A stretch of DNA of 64,000 nucleotides from Spirochaetia bacterium (GCA_965196605.1 CBDAKK010000008.1:539257-603256); one strand, 5' to 3'; positions 48,322-59,165 are shown, counted from the first letter of the stretch. Notes: generated by a model from the letters alone, not told the origin. Program-made: numbers and translations.

Positions 48322-49335
48322 ATGTTTAATTTTTTACGTGCTGATATAGGCATAGATTTAGGAACGTGTAATACGCTTGTCGCAGTGAGGGGAAAGGGCA
48401 TAGTGCTTGATGAACCTTCTGTTGTTGTTGTAGATAACCAAACACAAAAGGTGCTTGCTGTTGGTAAGGAGGCGAATAGAATGCTCTACCGCGCGCCGGG
48501 CTATATTTCTGTTGTGCGTCCTTTGCGCGATGGGGTTATTGCGGACTTGGGCGTGACTGAGAAAATGATTCGCCATTTTATTAACCGAGTGCTTAATAGC
48601 AAGTGGTTTACTAAGCCGCGCATTGTTATAGGTGTGCCCTCGTGTATAACCGATGTTGAAGAGCGCGCGGTGCTGGAATGTGCAGAGCGCGCAGGTACGA
48701 GGGAGACGCGCGTTATTCCAGAGTCTTTGGCGGCGGCAATAGGCGCAAAGTTGCCTATTTACAATCCCGAGGGCAACATGATATGCGATATAGGTGGCGG
48801 CACTACGGAAATATCGGTTTTGTCGCTGGGTGGCATGGTTATATCAAACGCAATTCGCGTAGGTGGTGATGAGTTTGATGAGGCTATAATACGGCGCGTG
48901 CGGAATGCTCACAATCTTACTATACGGCAGCCCACCGCAGAGCGCATAAAAAAGCAAATTGGCACATTAAACCCTAATCCTAAAAATGTGCAGACTATGG
49001 AAATTCGCGGTCGAGATGCGGTTTCGGGCTTTCCGAGAAAGCTAACGGTGAACAGCAAGGAGATATCAGAAGCCTTGAATGAGCCTTTTTATCAAATAGT
49101 CGACTCGCTTAAAAGCACGCTTTCACAAACCGCGGACGAGCTTGTCGCGGACATTATGGAGCGAGGCATAGTGCTTGCAGGTGGTGGTGCCTTGCTTGAC
49201 GGCATAGACATTGTGCTTGCAAAGGAGTCGGGGGTTCCGGTTATTATTGCCGAAGATCCGCTTTTGTGTGTGGCAGAGGGCGCGGGTATGTACTTTGACC
49301 ATGAGAAAAAAGTGAAACAAATATTTGAACACTAA
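48322..49335 (+). CDS. mreB: rod shape-determining actin homolog MreB
   Basis: IGIDLGTCNTLVAV N-terminal phosphate-1 motif, DIGGGTTE and GIVLAGGGALL. Confidence 0.9.
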   Translation: MFNFLRADIGIDLGTCNTLVAVRGKGIVLDEPSVVVVDNQTQKVLAVGKEANRMLYRAPGYISVVRPLRDGVIADLGVTEKMIRHFINRVLNSKWFTKPRIVIGVPSCITDVEERAVLECAERAGTRETRVIPESLAAAIGAKLPIYNPEGNMICDIGGGTTEISVLSLGGMVISNAIRVGGDEFDEAIIRRVRNAHNLTIRQPTAERIKKQIGTLNPNPKNVQTMEIRGRDAVSGFPRKLTVNSKEISEALNEPFYQIVDSLKSTLSQTADELVADIMERGIVLAGGGALLDGIDIVLAKESGVPVIIAEDPLLCVAEGAGMYFDHEKKVKQIFEH

Positions 49336-49338
49336 TTA

Positions 49339-50271
49339 ATGGTGCTGCTACCATACATGGGTTCCTTCTTTCGGCTTAGAGTATTTTGGTTTCTTCTCTG
49401 TAGTGGGGCAAGCGTTTTTGCTATGTTCTCAGCTAATACGCAGGGTTCTTTTTTTCGGAGTCTTCTGTTCAGTGGTAGCAATGTCTTTCGTAATCTTACT
49501 GGGCGTAGCGCTGTTTGGTTTGAAAGTGTTTCTGGAAAGTTTATAGCTCGTAAAAAAACGCAGCTTGAGAATGAGCAATTGAAGCAAAAAATAGGGGAAT
49601 ACGAAGCGCGTATGCAGTCTATTAGTTCCTTGGAGTTTGAGAACGCGATGCTTCGTAAGATATTGGAATTTTCTCTAAGCATCGATTATAACTTGTTGCC
49701 TACGCAAGTTATTGCGGCTAATGGTGAGGCCGGAGAGGTGCAAGGTATTCTCATAGATAGGGGAAGTACCAGTGGCATTCGTGAAAACATGGCTGTTGTT
49801 GGAATACACAATAACGATATTGTCGTTGTTGGTTCTATATCGCAGGCTGCCTTATATACCGCGCAAGTTATTCCGCTAACCCATGTGAACTTTTCGGTGC
49901 CGGTACAGACTTCTCAATCTACACAGCGGGGTATACTTTCAGGGCATAGTGGACAGGATGGTTTATTGCTATTTATCAGTGATGTGATATATGATAGCGA
50001 TTCAAGCTTTGTTTTTGTTGGAGAACAAGTGGTTGTCAATGCGTATTCAAAGTTTCTCCCGCGCGGTATGCTCATAGGGTCTGTGGTTGAAATTTCTTCG
50101 GATATTGAAGATCGTATATCGCGTTCGTATGTAAAGCCATATTTGCTGCCCGCTAATCTTGATTATGTTTTTGTTATAATTCCTCAAGACAAGCAGGGTG
50201 AGAATAACGCTGTTTCTGTGGAGTCCGTAGAGAAAGCCATTACTTCACAAGCAAAGGTGGCCACGCCATGA
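49339..50271 (+). CDS. mreC: rod shape-determining protein MreC
   Basis: N-terminal TM segment and coiled coil, then a beta-rich domain. Position between mreB and mreD. Confidence 0.75.
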   Translation: MVLLPYMGSFFRLRVFWFLLCSGASVFAMFSANTQGSFFRSLLFSGSNVFRNLTGRSAVWFESVSGKFIARKKTQLENEQLKQKIGEYEARMQSISSLEFENAMLRKILEFSLSIDYNLLPTQVIAANGEAGEVQGILIDRGSTSGIRENMAVVGIHNNDIVVVGSISQAALYTAQVIPLTHVNFSVPVQTSQSTQRGILSGHSGQDGLLLFISDVIYDSDSSFVFVGEQVVVNAYSKFLPRGMLIGSVVEISSDIEDRISRSYVKPYLLPANLDYVFVIIPQDKQGENNAVSVESVEKAITSQAKVATP

Positions 50272-50768
50272 TGAGAATGTTCTTTGTGCAGCTCATCCCG
50301 GGCCTGCTTATTTTGACGTTGCAAAATGTGCTTGCCGCACGTATTCATAGCGTTGTGTTCTTTTGTGATGTGCTTATTATCTTCTTAGCACTTCAAATAT
50401 TTTTTGCACGCGATAATCAATGGTTGTTTATAAGTGCATTTATCCTTGGTTTTGTGGTAGGGGTGTGGTCAGGGCGTACTCTAGGATTTGATGCCTTGTT
50501 TTATGGGGGCTTGGCGTTTCTTCTGCATGACGTGAAAAAAGTTATACTTATGCATCTTCTTACTTTTCTTACTTTTGTTATTGTGCTTTTTGTCATAAAG
50601 TTTTTGTTTTATCTCACGCTTGGGGTCTTGCTGCATCAGGGTGCTTTGTATTCATTTGCAATGAATATTTCGTTTTTATATATGATGCTTGTAAGCCTTG
50701 GTATCTCCTTTATGTTGTATGTAGTTATGCAGATGATAAGGGGCTATATGAGGCGCTACCATGAATAA
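50268..50768 (+). CDS. mreD: rod shape-determining protein MreD
   Basis: 166-aa polytopic membrane protein that overlaps mreC and mrdA, in the conserved position. Confidence 0.65.
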   Translation: MMRMFFVQLIPGLLILTLQNVLAARIHSVVFFCDVLIIFLALQIFFARDNQWLFISAFILGFVVGVWSGRTLGFDALFYGGLAFLLHDVKKVILMHLLTFLTFVIVLFVIKFLFYLTLGVLLHQGALYSFAMNISFLYMMLVSLGISFMLYVVMQMIRGYMRRYHE

Positions 50769-52578
50769 ACGGTTTATTATTCTTGGGGTAATTGTCTCCT
50801 CTTTTGTGATACTCTTTGCGGGTATTTTGGTGAGGTTGCAAATATTAGAACAGGCCTTGTACAAAGAAAAAGTAGATACACTTGTTACGCAGGACAACAC
50901 GTTCTTGTCATTGCGAGGTAGAATTTTTGACACTCATGCTGATAAAGCGCTTGTTTACAACATAAGTAGGTATAGCATATACCTCATGCCCGAGCAGGTT
51001 CCAACGAAGGATAGGGAAGGGTATATAGCTGCTATTGCTGATATGTTGTCTATAAGCGAAGAGAAGGTACGTAATGCCTTGGCGAAGAACAAGCATGAGC
51101 AGATGAGAACTCTTTTGCGTGGATTGAGTTATGAAGAACTTACGCAATATTTGGAGTCGCTACGAGCGTTTGAGGGACTCACGTGGAGGCGTGATTTACA
51201 GCGTTATTATGAGCATAATGAGTCCATGTCTCACATACTCGGTCATGTTGGTGATATATCAGCTTCTGAGTTGCGGGAATTGCAATATAAAAACTACGGA
51301 AGTTCGGAAATAATTGGAAAGACTGGCGTAGAAAAACAGTATGAAGATGAGCTTAGGGGCAAAAAAGGCCGGGTGAGAGAGCGTGTTAACGTTTTTGGAC
51401 AAGGTGTTTCAGATACGCAGCGAATTTTGGAGGCTTCTGAACCGGGATACGATATTGTTTTAACTGTAGATAGAGATATACAGGAGCTGGTAGAAAAGGC
51501 ATTGGGAGAGAGAATTGGCGCAGCTGTTGTAATGAAACCGACGGGTGAGATACTTGCTATGGCTTCTTATCCAAACTTTAATCCTAATTTGCTTGTTTCA
51601 TCTGTAAATAAAAAGCATCTCGCTGCCATACAAAACAGTGTGCACTCACCATTTATAAATAGAACTATACAAGCACTTGCGCCACCTGCATCGACGTTTA
51701 AGATTGTGATGTCTTCTGCGTTTTTGCAAGAGTTTCCACATCAATGGAATTTTAGAGTGCGGTGTATTGGACATATATATGTAGGAAATCGTCGTTTTCA
51801 TTGTTGGGTGCTCACCGGACATGGATGGCTTGACCCTGCAGGTGCACTTGCCCATTCTTGTGATGTGTTTTTTTATACAGTAGGCATTAGAAGGCTTGGC
51901 GCACCAATGATTGCTCAATACGCGCGCTCATTCGGATTGGGGCGCTACACCGGTATTGATTTACCTTTTGAAGTAATGGGAACAGTGCCTTCACCAGCGT
52001 GGAAAAAGGATAGATTTCGTGAAGTGTGGCAGGACGGAGATACTGCGAACATGTCTATTGGGCAAGGGTTTTTGGAAGTAACTCCATTGCAGTTAGCGCA
52101 GGTTACGGCAGCCATTATGAACGATGGGGTTATTTATAAACCGCATGTCTTAAAAGAAGTGCGAGATCAAGTTACGGAACAGGTTGTTCGTTCTGTAAAG
52201 CCAGAGATTGTACATTCTATAAAAGGCGTAAGCCCAAAGGTATTTCGTGAAATGCGTAATAGTATGAGAGGGGTTGTAACACGTGGTTCTGCTCGTGCGG
52301 TTATTACTACAAAGCAAACAAAGGTGGCAGCCAAAACAGGCACCGGGCAGATAACAGGCTTACATCATAAGCAGTGGCATTCCTTGTTTGTCTCTTATGC
52401 ACCCTTTGGCGGTGATAGAAAAGACCAAGTTATTGTAGTGTTTTGGATTGATGCAGCAAACGAATGGGAGTGGTGGGCTCCTAAAGCGGCAAACATTGTG
52501 TACGAAGGCTTGTTTTCTGGGCTTTCATATGAAGAAGTTATAGCAAAATTTAAAAAGCAAGGGGTATGGTATTTGTAA
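50761..52578 (+). CDS. mrdA: penicillin-binding protein 2 (elongasome transpeptidase)
   Basis: N-terminal TM anchor, SxxK motif in PPASTFKIV, and SxN/KTG (AKTGTG) motifs. Confidence 0.85.
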   Translation: MNKRFIILGVIVSSFVILFAGILVRLQILEQALYKEKVDTLVTQDNTFLSLRGRIFDTHADKALVYNISRYSIYLMPEQVPTKDREGYIAAIADMLSISEEKVRNALAKNKHEQMRTLLRGLSYEELTQYLESLRAFEGLTWRRDLQRYYEHNESMSHILGHVGDISASELRELQYKNYGSSEIIGKTGVEKQYEDELRGKKGRVRERVNVFGQGVSDTQRILEASEPGYDIVLTVDRDIQELVEKALGERIGAAVVMKPTGEILAMASYPNFNPNLLVSSVNKKHLAAIQNSVHSPFINRTIQALAPPASTFKIVMSSAFLQEFPHQWNFRVRCIGHIYVGNRRFHCWVLTGHGWLDPAGALAHSCDVFFYTVGIRRLGAPMIAQYARSFGLGRYTGIDLPFEVMGTVPSPAWKKDRFREVWQDGDTANMSIGQGFLEVTPLQLAQVTAAIMNDGVIYKPHVLKEVRDQVTEQVVRSVKPEIVHSIKGVSPKVFREMRNSMRGVVTRGSARAVITTKQTKVAAKTGTGQITGLHHKQWHSLFVSYAPFGGDRKDQVIVVFWIDAANEWEWWAPKAANIVYEGLFSGLSYEEVIAKFKKQGVWYL

Positions 52579-52593
52579 ATGCCGTAGCGTAAT

Positions 52594-53922
52594 ATGAGGC
52601 GTATAGATTTTGTGCAATGTTTCGTCGTTTTAGGACTTGTGGTTTTTAGTTCTTTATTTGTCTACTCAAGTTCTCTCGACATAGAAGGCGTTATGCAGTC
52701 TGTTGAATTCTCGCGCCAACTCTTGTTTGTGATTATAGGCTTTATTTGCATGTTTATAACCATGCTCATACCCATAAGCAAGGTCAAAGAATTTATTCCC
52801 GTGATATATGCCCTTGCCCTTGCCTTGCTCGTTCTTACCTTGTTTATTGGTGAAGTGCGCAATGGCGCGCGCTCATGGTTACAAGCCTTTGGGTTTAGCC
52901 TTCAGGCATCTGAGTTTGCAAAACTTGCCACCATACTCATGTACGCGTTTCTCATAGAAAAATATACTCCTCATTTACAACGCTATCGCTATGTGTTGCT
53001 TTACGTCTTGGTAGGTTTTGCTCCTATGGCGCTCATTCTTCTGCAACCTGATATGGGAACTTCACTGGTCTATATTCCGCTTGTACTCGCTATTTTGTAC
53101 ATAGCGGGCATTCCTGCAGAGCGCGCCTTGTTTGTCATTGGCGCAGGAGTTATAAGCATTGTTACGCTTATAGTTTCCTATAGCTTGCAAAGTATCGTAG
53201 CATCAGACCCCACTGCCATTACCTTATTGCGTACGGAGCATTTTGTAACCTATGTAATAATATTGGTCATTGTGTTCATGTTGAGCGCCTTTGGAACGCT
53301 CATTGGTTTTTTGCCGCGAATTTTTGCTACGCTTCGTTATTGCTCATTTATGACCTTAAGTGGTGCAGCCATGGCCTTTGTCGCAACCATAGTACTAAAG
53401 CCATACCAACTTCAAAGACTCCTTGTGTTTGTGCGACCTGAAAGCGACCCGCTCGGTTCAGGTTGGCATATATTGCAGTCAGTCTCCGCCATAGGCTCTG
53501 GTGGGCTATTGGGTGCGGGGTTTTTGCAGGGTAAGCAGAGTAGTCTGCAGTTTTTACCACAAAAATCCACAGACTTTATTTTTTCCCTCATAGGTGAGGA
53601 GTTTGGCTTTGTAGGAAGTGCTTCTGTTATACTGCTCTACGGTATACTCATGTGGCGTATCATTTTGGTTGGAATGGCGAGTAAAACCATGTTTTCAAGG
53701 CTCTGCTGTGCGGGCATTCTCGCCGTGTTTTTCACACACTTTATGGTAAACATAGGCATGACGCTTGGCATAATGCCCATTACCGGCATTCCTTTGCTCC
53801 TCGTCTCCTACGGTGGCTCTTCTATGTTGAGCGCATTTCTTGCCCTTGGTGTGGTGCAAGGTATTTATAGACACGAGGTACGCAATAGCAGCCTCATGAC
53901 ATCGGCTGCGTTTTCTGAATAA
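52594..53922 (+). CDS. rodA: peptidoglycan glycosyltransferase RodA (SEDS family)
   Basis: 442 aa with about 10 TM segments. SEDS-family conserved C-terminal region; its position follows mrdA. Confidence 0.85.
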   Translation: MRRIDFVQCFVVLGLVVFSSLFVYSSSLDIEGVMQSVEFSRQLLFVIIGFICMFITMLIPISKVKEFIPVIYALALALLVLTLFIGEVRNGARSWLQAFGFSLQASEFAKLATILMYAFLIEKYTPHLQRYRYVLLYVLVGFAPMALILLQPDMGTSLVYIPLVLAILYIAGIPAERALFVIGAGVISIVTLIVSYSLQSIVASDPTAITLLRTEHFVTYVIILVIVFMLSAFGTLIGFLPRIFATLRYCSFMTLSGAAMAFVATIVLKPYQLQRLLVFVRPESDPLGSGWHILQSVSAIGSGGLLGAGFLQGKQSSLQFLPQKSTDFIFSLIGEEFGFVGSASVILLYGILMWRIILVGMASKTMFSRLCCAGILAVFFTHFMVNIGMTLGIMPITGIPLLLVSYGGSSMLSAFLALGVVQGIYRHEVRNSSLMTSAAFSE

Positions 53923-53923
53923 T

Positions 53924-55615
53924 TTGGCGTATACTAACATTATGGAAGATTTCATTCGTAAGAAAATACGTGAAGATGTGGAGCGGTGTGGCATGAGCAT
54001 ACACACGCGTTTTCCCCCAGAGCCCAATGGTTATTTGCACATAGGGCATGCCAAGGCTATAATATTGAACTTTGAAATTGCACGGGAATTTCATGGGCTT
54101 TGCAATGTGCGTTTTGATGACACCAACCCCGAAAAGGAGCGCGTGGAATATGTTCATGCAATACAAAACGACATACGTGCTCTTGGCTATGAATGGAATG
54201 ATAACGAATATTATGCTTCGCAGTATTTTGATAAGTTTTATGCCTACGCGAAGCAGCTCATAGAAAAAGGCCTTGCCTATGTCGATAATAGTAGCTTTGA
54301 AGAGATACGTAGCTTGCGAGGTACTCCCACTATGCCGGGGACAGACAGTCCGTATAGGACGCGAAGCGTAGAAGAGAATTTGAAGCTTTTTGGGGAAATG
54401 AAGGAGGGTGTCCATGAACAAGGCTCTTGTGTGCTTCGTGCGAAGATAGATATGAAGCATCCCAATATCATCATGCGTGACCCCACCATATATCGCATAC
54501 GCATGCAGCAGCACCACAAAACAGGCGATGCGTGGTGCATATACCCTATGTACGATTTTGCTCATTGCTTGTCTGATGCCATAGAGGGCATTACGCATTC
54601 CTTGTGTACGCTTGAGTTTGAAATACACCGTCCCTTGTACGACTGGTTTTTAGATGCGCTTGAAATAGCGAGTCCTCGTCCGCAGCAAATTGAATTTGCA
54701 CGGCTTAATATTACGCACACGGTGCTCAGTAAGCGCGTCTTGAAAACCTTGGTTGAGCGCAAGGTGGTAGACGGCTGGGATGATCCACGCATGCCCACTT
54801 TGTCGGGAATGCGTCGCCGTGGTTATACTGCGCCTGCGATAAAAGCGTTTTGTCAATCAGTGGGCATTACCAAAGCACAGGCTACGGTAGAAGTAGAACG
54901 CTTAGAAGAAGCGGTGCGTCAAAACCTCAATGTGCAGGCAACGCGCGCCATGGTTGTCATAGATCCTATAAAGTTGGTAATAACAAACTACCCCGAAGAG
55001 GCTAGCGAGGTGTTTCAAGCTGAAAACAACCCCGAGCAAGCGGAGTCTGGTACGCATGAGCTTGCCTTTAGTAGGACGCTCTACATAGAGCGCGATGATT
55101 TTATGGAGCAGCCGTCGAAAAAGTACTTTAGGCTTGCGGTGGGGCAAGAAGTACGGTTAAAGTACGCCTACTATGTTACATGTACGGGCTTTGTGAAAAA
55201 CGATGATGGAAGTATACGCGAAGTACACGCGGAATATGACCCTGCCTCTCGTGGTGGTTGGAGCGATGATGGGCGCAAGGTTCGTGGCACCATTCATTGG
55301 GTTTCGCTGCATGATGCAAGGGACATTGTAATACACCAGTATGAGCGGCTCTTTCTTGCGCCTCACCCTGATGAGTTTGTAGACGATGAAAAAGCCATGC
55401 TGGAGTCTGTAAATCCCCGCTCTTTTTCTTGTGTGGAGGGTGCAAAAGCAGAGCCGTATGTGCATGCTTGTTTGCATGCTCACAATGAAGAAGACGAGGT
55501 GCTGTGTATGCAGTTTTTGCGCAAAGGCTACTTTGCCTATGACAAAGCTGCTTCAAAAGCAAGGCAGCACCCGGTATTTAACAGCACCGTAGCGCTCAAG
55601 CAAACGTGGAAATAA
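53924..55615 (+). CDS. glnS: glutaminyl-tRNA synthetase
   Basis: HIGH motif in HTRFPPEPNGYLHIGHAKA, a KMSKS-like VLSKR, and a GlnRS-type anticodon-binding C-terminal half. Confidence 0.85.
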   Translation: MAYTNIMEDFIRKKIREDVERCGMSIHTRFPPEPNGYLHIGHAKAIILNFEIAREFHGLCNVRFDDTNPEKERVEYVHAIQNDIRALGYEWNDNEYYASQYFDKFYAYAKQLIEKGLAYVDNSSFEEIRSLRGTPTMPGTDSPYRTRSVEENLKLFGEMKEGVHEQGSCVLRAKIDMKHPNIIMRDPTIYRIRMQQHHKTGDAWCIYPMYDFAHCLSDAIEGITHSLCTLEFEIHRPLYDWFLDALEIASPRPQQIEFARLNITHTVLSKRVLKTLVERKVVDGWDDPRMPTLSGMRRRGYTAPAIKAFCQSVGITKAQATVEVERLEEAVRQNLNVQATRAMVVIDPIKLVITNYPEEASEVFQAENNPEQAESGTHELAFSRTLYIERDDFMEQPSKKYFRLAVGQEVRLKYAYYVTCTGFVKNDDGSIREVHAEYDPASRGGWSDDGRKVRGTIHWVSLHDARDIVIHQYERLFLAPHPDEFVDDEKAMLESVNPRSFSCVEGAKAEPYVHACLHAHNEEDEVLCMQFLRKGYFAYDKAASKARQHPVFNSTVALKQTWK

Positions 55616-55827
55616 TGCACAGCACGTTTATTTGTTGAGCATAGGTCTCAGAGAAACCCCGCCGCCATTGAGTGGGCTTTCAGAGTTTCTCTGTAGCACT
55701 TTATACCGGGGTGTAGTTTTTCCTTTCGATAGCTTTTATTATTGGCTTAGAGTATGTCTTGACTTCCAATCAGCTGCTCAGTGCTTGTCTGTTGCTCTTG
55801 CCCCTTGAATTCACCCACCTGTACGTA

Positions 55828-55857
55828 TTGACATTGGCACAAGAAGCATTCAATAAT
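55828..55857 (+). promoter_or_regulatory. candidate sigma70 promoter for the tRNA pair, TTGACA-N18-AATAAT
   Basis: ttgaca at 55828-55833 and aataat at 55852-55857, about 9 nt before the tRNA-Thr 5' end. Confidence 0.4.
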
Positions 55858-55866
55858 ATACATATT

Positions 55867-55939
55867 GCCATCTTAGCTCAGTTGGTAGAGCGCGTGACTT
55901 GTAATCTCGAAGTCGTCGGTTCGACTCCGACAGATGGCT
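55867..55939 (+). tRNA. tRNA-Thr (anticodon UGU)
   Basis: Hand-folded cloverleaf: 7-bp acceptor stem gccatct/agatggc, D arm gctc-agttggta-gagc, anticodon loop cuUGUaa, T arm gtcgg-ttcgact-ccgac. There is one U-U mismatch in the anticodon stem. Confidence 0.8.
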
Positions 55940-55942
55940 AAG

Positions 55943-56024
55943 GGGGAGTTTCCCGAGCGGTCAAAGGGGGCAGACTGTAAATCTGTTGACTTCGTCTTCG
56001 CAGGTTCGAATCCTGCACTCCCCA
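55943..56024 (+). tRNA. tRNA-Tyr (anticodon GUA), type II with a long variable arm
   Basis: Acceptor stem ggggagt/actcccc, anticodon loop cuGUAaa, long variable arm, T arm gcagg-ttcgaat-cctgc. Confidence 0.8.
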
Positions 56025-56093
56025 TAACGAGTACCCTATGATAGTACAGTATATAAGAAGTTTCGATAGTGTATAATACATGTAAGGTTTTGT

Positions 56094-57047
56094 ATGGATT
56101 TTTGTTGTTATGGCGTTCGAGGTTCGCGCCCTGTTTTATTATCTGTTGATACCGTATTATCGACTTTTTCCAAATTACAGGGTATGCTCTCAAAAAAGGC
56201 ACTTGGAGATTGTAAGAACAGCGAAGACTTCATGGCTTGTCTTACTAAGAAAATACCTACCGAAATGTTGCACACAATTTTTGGGGTAGGTGGAAATACT
56301 CCTTGTGTAGAAGTCTTTCCAAAGGTTCGCGATGATGCACATATCTTGTTTGACATGGGTACGGGTATTACGAATGTTCAAACCCATAAAAATTCACGTG
56401 TTTTTCATGTCTTCTTCAGCCATTTTCATTATGACCATATTCAAGGCTTTCCTTTTGCCCCGTGGCTCTACGATGAAGATGTGACGGTGCATTTTTATAG
56501 TCCATTTCAGGGTTTTGAGGGTATTCTTCGCAATATTATGAAGCCTCCGTATTTTCCTATTACTATGGCGAGCATGACGAAGAATATACATTTTCATGAG
56601 CTATGTAACAAGGACTGTGTTGAGCTACAAAGTATGCGCATAACGTGGAAAGAACTTAACCACCCTGGTAAAAGCTATGCGTATAAGGTTGAAGAGGACG
56701 GCAAAACATTTTGCTATTTTACAGACGTGAATATGCAGGGCGATTTGTTTGAGGATAGTGATGATAATAAGGCGTTTTTACAGGATATTGATTTTGTAGT
56801 ATTGGATGCGGCTATGGGCTTTGTTAATGCGGTCGAAAAACAAGACTGGGGACATACGAGTTTGTTCAAGGGTTTAAGCTTTTGTAAGAGGTGGAAGATA
56901 AAACATGCGCATCTCTTTCACTTTGAGCCTTCTGATACCATAGAACTTGGGTTATTGCACTATCAAGTAGCGTTATGGTATAACAAGGCAATTAAGTCTA
57001 AAACGCAGGTATCCTTTGCGCAGGAAAACATGCTTGTTTCAGTGTAG
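56094..57047 (+). CDS. MBL-fold metallo-hydrolase
   Basis: HxHxDH motif FFSHFHYDHIQG and downstream His/Asp ligands. The start may be an internal Met (about 56182). Confidence 0.65.
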   Translation: MDFCCYGVRGSRPVLLSVDTVLSTFSKLQGMLSKKALGDCKNSEDFMACLTKKIPTEMLHTIFGVGGNTPCVEVFPKVRDDAHILFDMGTGITNVQTHKNSRVFHVFFSHFHYDHIQGFPFAPWLYDEDVTVHFYSPFQGFEGILRNIMKPPYFPITMASMTKNIHFHELCNKDCVELQSMRITWKELNHPGKSYAYKVEEDGKTFCYFTDVNMQGDLFEDSDDNKAFLQDIDFVVLDAAMGFVNAVEKQDWGHTSLFKGLSFCKRWKIKHAHLFHFEPSDTIELGLLHYQVALWYNKAIKSKTQVSFAQENMLVSV

Positions 57048-57329
57048 TGACATTGCGCAGTATTTTTCACGGTATAGTTTCATGAGTACTTCAAATACAA
57101 TTTCTTTTTCTGATGAAGAGATACGGTGTTTGTACACGCTTTTGTGTATGCCCCCTCACTTGCCTTCTTCGTATTGGAGTATAAAAGAAAAAATTGAGCA
57201 GCATCTTAAAAATAAGCTTACCTTACGTGATCTCATGTCCATTCAGAATTCAGCGAAGGCCATGAGTTCCTCGCGCCATGTCCCATAAAGCATGTGGCAT
57301 TTGCGTTGGTAGCTTATAAAAGAGGAGCT

Positions 57330-59141
57330 ATGGCGCGTATTCCACAAGAAACAATACAAGAGATATTAGAACGCTGTGATATGGTTGCCGTGGTAGGACG
57401 CTATGTTGCGCTTGCTAAGAAAGGAGACCGATTCTGGGGCTTGAGCCCCTTTAAGAATGAAAAGACACCTTCTTTCAGTGTTGATGCAAGGAGTAAGTTA
57501 TTCTACTGTTTTAGCACAGGGCAGGGTGGAAGCATTTTCACTTTTTTGCAAAAAATGGAAAACATAAGCTTTGTGGAAGCCGTGAGAACACTTGCGCAAG
57601 AAGTTGGTGTTTCCCTTCCTCATCAATCACAGGGGATGCAGCAAGAACAAAAAAGCGAAAGCCTTTTGGCGCGTGATATGCTGCTGCGTATTACAAAAAC
57701 TTTTGAGCATTTTTTTTGGGGCGAGACGGGGCATGCTGCGCGTGAATATATGCACTCAAGGGGTTTTGAAGAGGACGCGTTGCGGGCGTTCCGAGTAGGG
57801 TATATTCCCTATGACAAATATTGGTTACATAAATTCCTTATAAGCAAGGGCTATAAAGCTACAGAGCTTGCAAACAGCGGGCTTTTCAGTGCGCGGTATC
57901 CCACCATTAGTCTTTTTTCTCATAGAATAATGTTTCCTATTATGGGAGTGGATTCCTCAGTGTTGGGATTTGGGGGGCGCCTGCTCATGGGTGACGGTCC
58001 AAAGTATATTAATTCGCCACAAACGGAAATTTTTTACAAGAAGCGCATTTTGTATGGACTTAACTACAGTATTAAGGGTATAAAGGAACATAAAAAAGTA
58101 TTTCTTGTGGAAGGGTATTTAGACGTTCTTGCGCTGCACCAAGCGGGGGTTTGCGCCGCGGTAGCACCGCTTGGCACTGCTTTTACTGACGAGCAGGCGC
58201 ATATATTGCGGACAATGACTAGTGAAGTTGTTATGTTGTTTGATGATGATGAAGCGGGGAAAAATGCTGCAATCAAGTCGGCAATAGCTTTTGAAAAGGC
58301 GGGCATGCCGTCCATTAAAATAGTGCATTTGTCCGCCGCTGACCCCGCAGAAACACTGCAGAAGCATGGAAAAGAGGCACTTCGTGAAGAATTACTTGAA
58401 CAGCAGGAATGGTTTGAATATTATATAAGTAACGTGCATTCTTTGTATAACTCAACCTATCAAGAACGTGAGCAAGTGTTGACAAATATAGTCAATTACA
58501 TTGTGAACGTTCGTTCTGACTATAGACGTTCTATGTATACTTCGCGTCTAGCAGAAGTTTTTATGATGGATGTCCATGTCATACGCAAGCGTGTTGAGAA
58601 TGCTGCATCTGGAGAGAGAGACAATCTTATCGGCGTGCCTTCTAGTAAGCATGAGCAACTAGAAGATGCGAAGGCTTTTATAGTGCCGGTGCATACCTGG
58701 GATTTTGTGGCGATGGTTGGTCTATGTAATTGCCCGAGTTTGTTTGACAAGGTGCATGTGGTGTGTAAAATTACGGATCTGATGGATGATAATGCTCGTA
58801 AGGTATATATCGCTCTTCAAGAGGCGCATCGAAGTGGTGCGCTTCATACGCAAGCAGTGCTCGCGTTATTAGAGAAGCCTTTGGCTCTGTATATTACAAA
58901 ATTGATTGCTCGTGGAGAAGTCCCCGAATATTCAGATGATATTGTTGAGTATTTTAAGTATCATGTCAAAGTGTCTCGGCTAGAGAAATGTAGTCGTGAT
59001 ATTGACATGAAAATACGTAAGGTGAGTAGCCGCAATGAGGATGCCAAAGTTTTGCGTGAACTGTTAGAAGAAAAAAAGTTTTATGTGCAGCGTATAAATG
59101 AACTTAAAAAGTCTCATGTACTTTATGATGCTCGTGCATAG
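57330..59141 (+). CDS. dnaG: DNA primase
   Basis: PFKNEKTPSFSV primase motif and TOPRIM EGYLDVLALHQAG...DDDEAG. The likely start is MARIPQE rather than the ORF-track 57294. Confidence 0.85.
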   Translation: MARIPQETIQEILERCDMVAVVGRYVALAKKGDRFWGLSPFKNEKTPSFSVDARSKLFYCFSTGQGGSIFTFLQKMENISFVEAVRTLAQEVGVSLPHQSQGMQQEQKSESLLARDMLLRITKTFEHFFWGETGHAAREYMHSRGFEEDALRAFRVGYIPYDKYWLHKFLISKGYKATELANSGLFSARYPTISLFSHRIMFPIMGVDSSVLGFGGRLLMGDGPKYINSPQTEIFYKKRILYGLNYSIKGIKEHKKVFLVEGYLDVLALHQAGVCAAVAPLGTAFTDEQAHILRTMTSEVVMLFDDDEAGKNAAIKSAIAFEKAGMPSIKIVHLSAADPAETLQKHGKEALREELLEQQEWFEYYISNVHSLYNSTYQEREQVLTNIVNYIVNVRSDYRRSMYTSRLAEVFMMDVHVIRKRVENAASGERDNLIGVPSSKHEQLEDAKAFIVPVHTWDFVAMVGLCNCPSLFDKVHVVCKITDLMDDNARKVYIALQEAHRSGALHTQAVLALLEKPLALYITKLIARGEVPEYSDDIVEYFKYHVKVSRLEKCSRDIDMKIRKVSSRNEDAKVLRELLEEKKFYVQRINELKKSHVLYDARA

Positions 59142-59165
59142 GCCTACGTTATAGGGAGAATTATC

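Noticed and set aside
55759-55941. 60-aa ORF overlapping tRNA-Thr
   Set aside because: It overlaps a confidently folded tRNA gene, and the reading frame is fortuitous.
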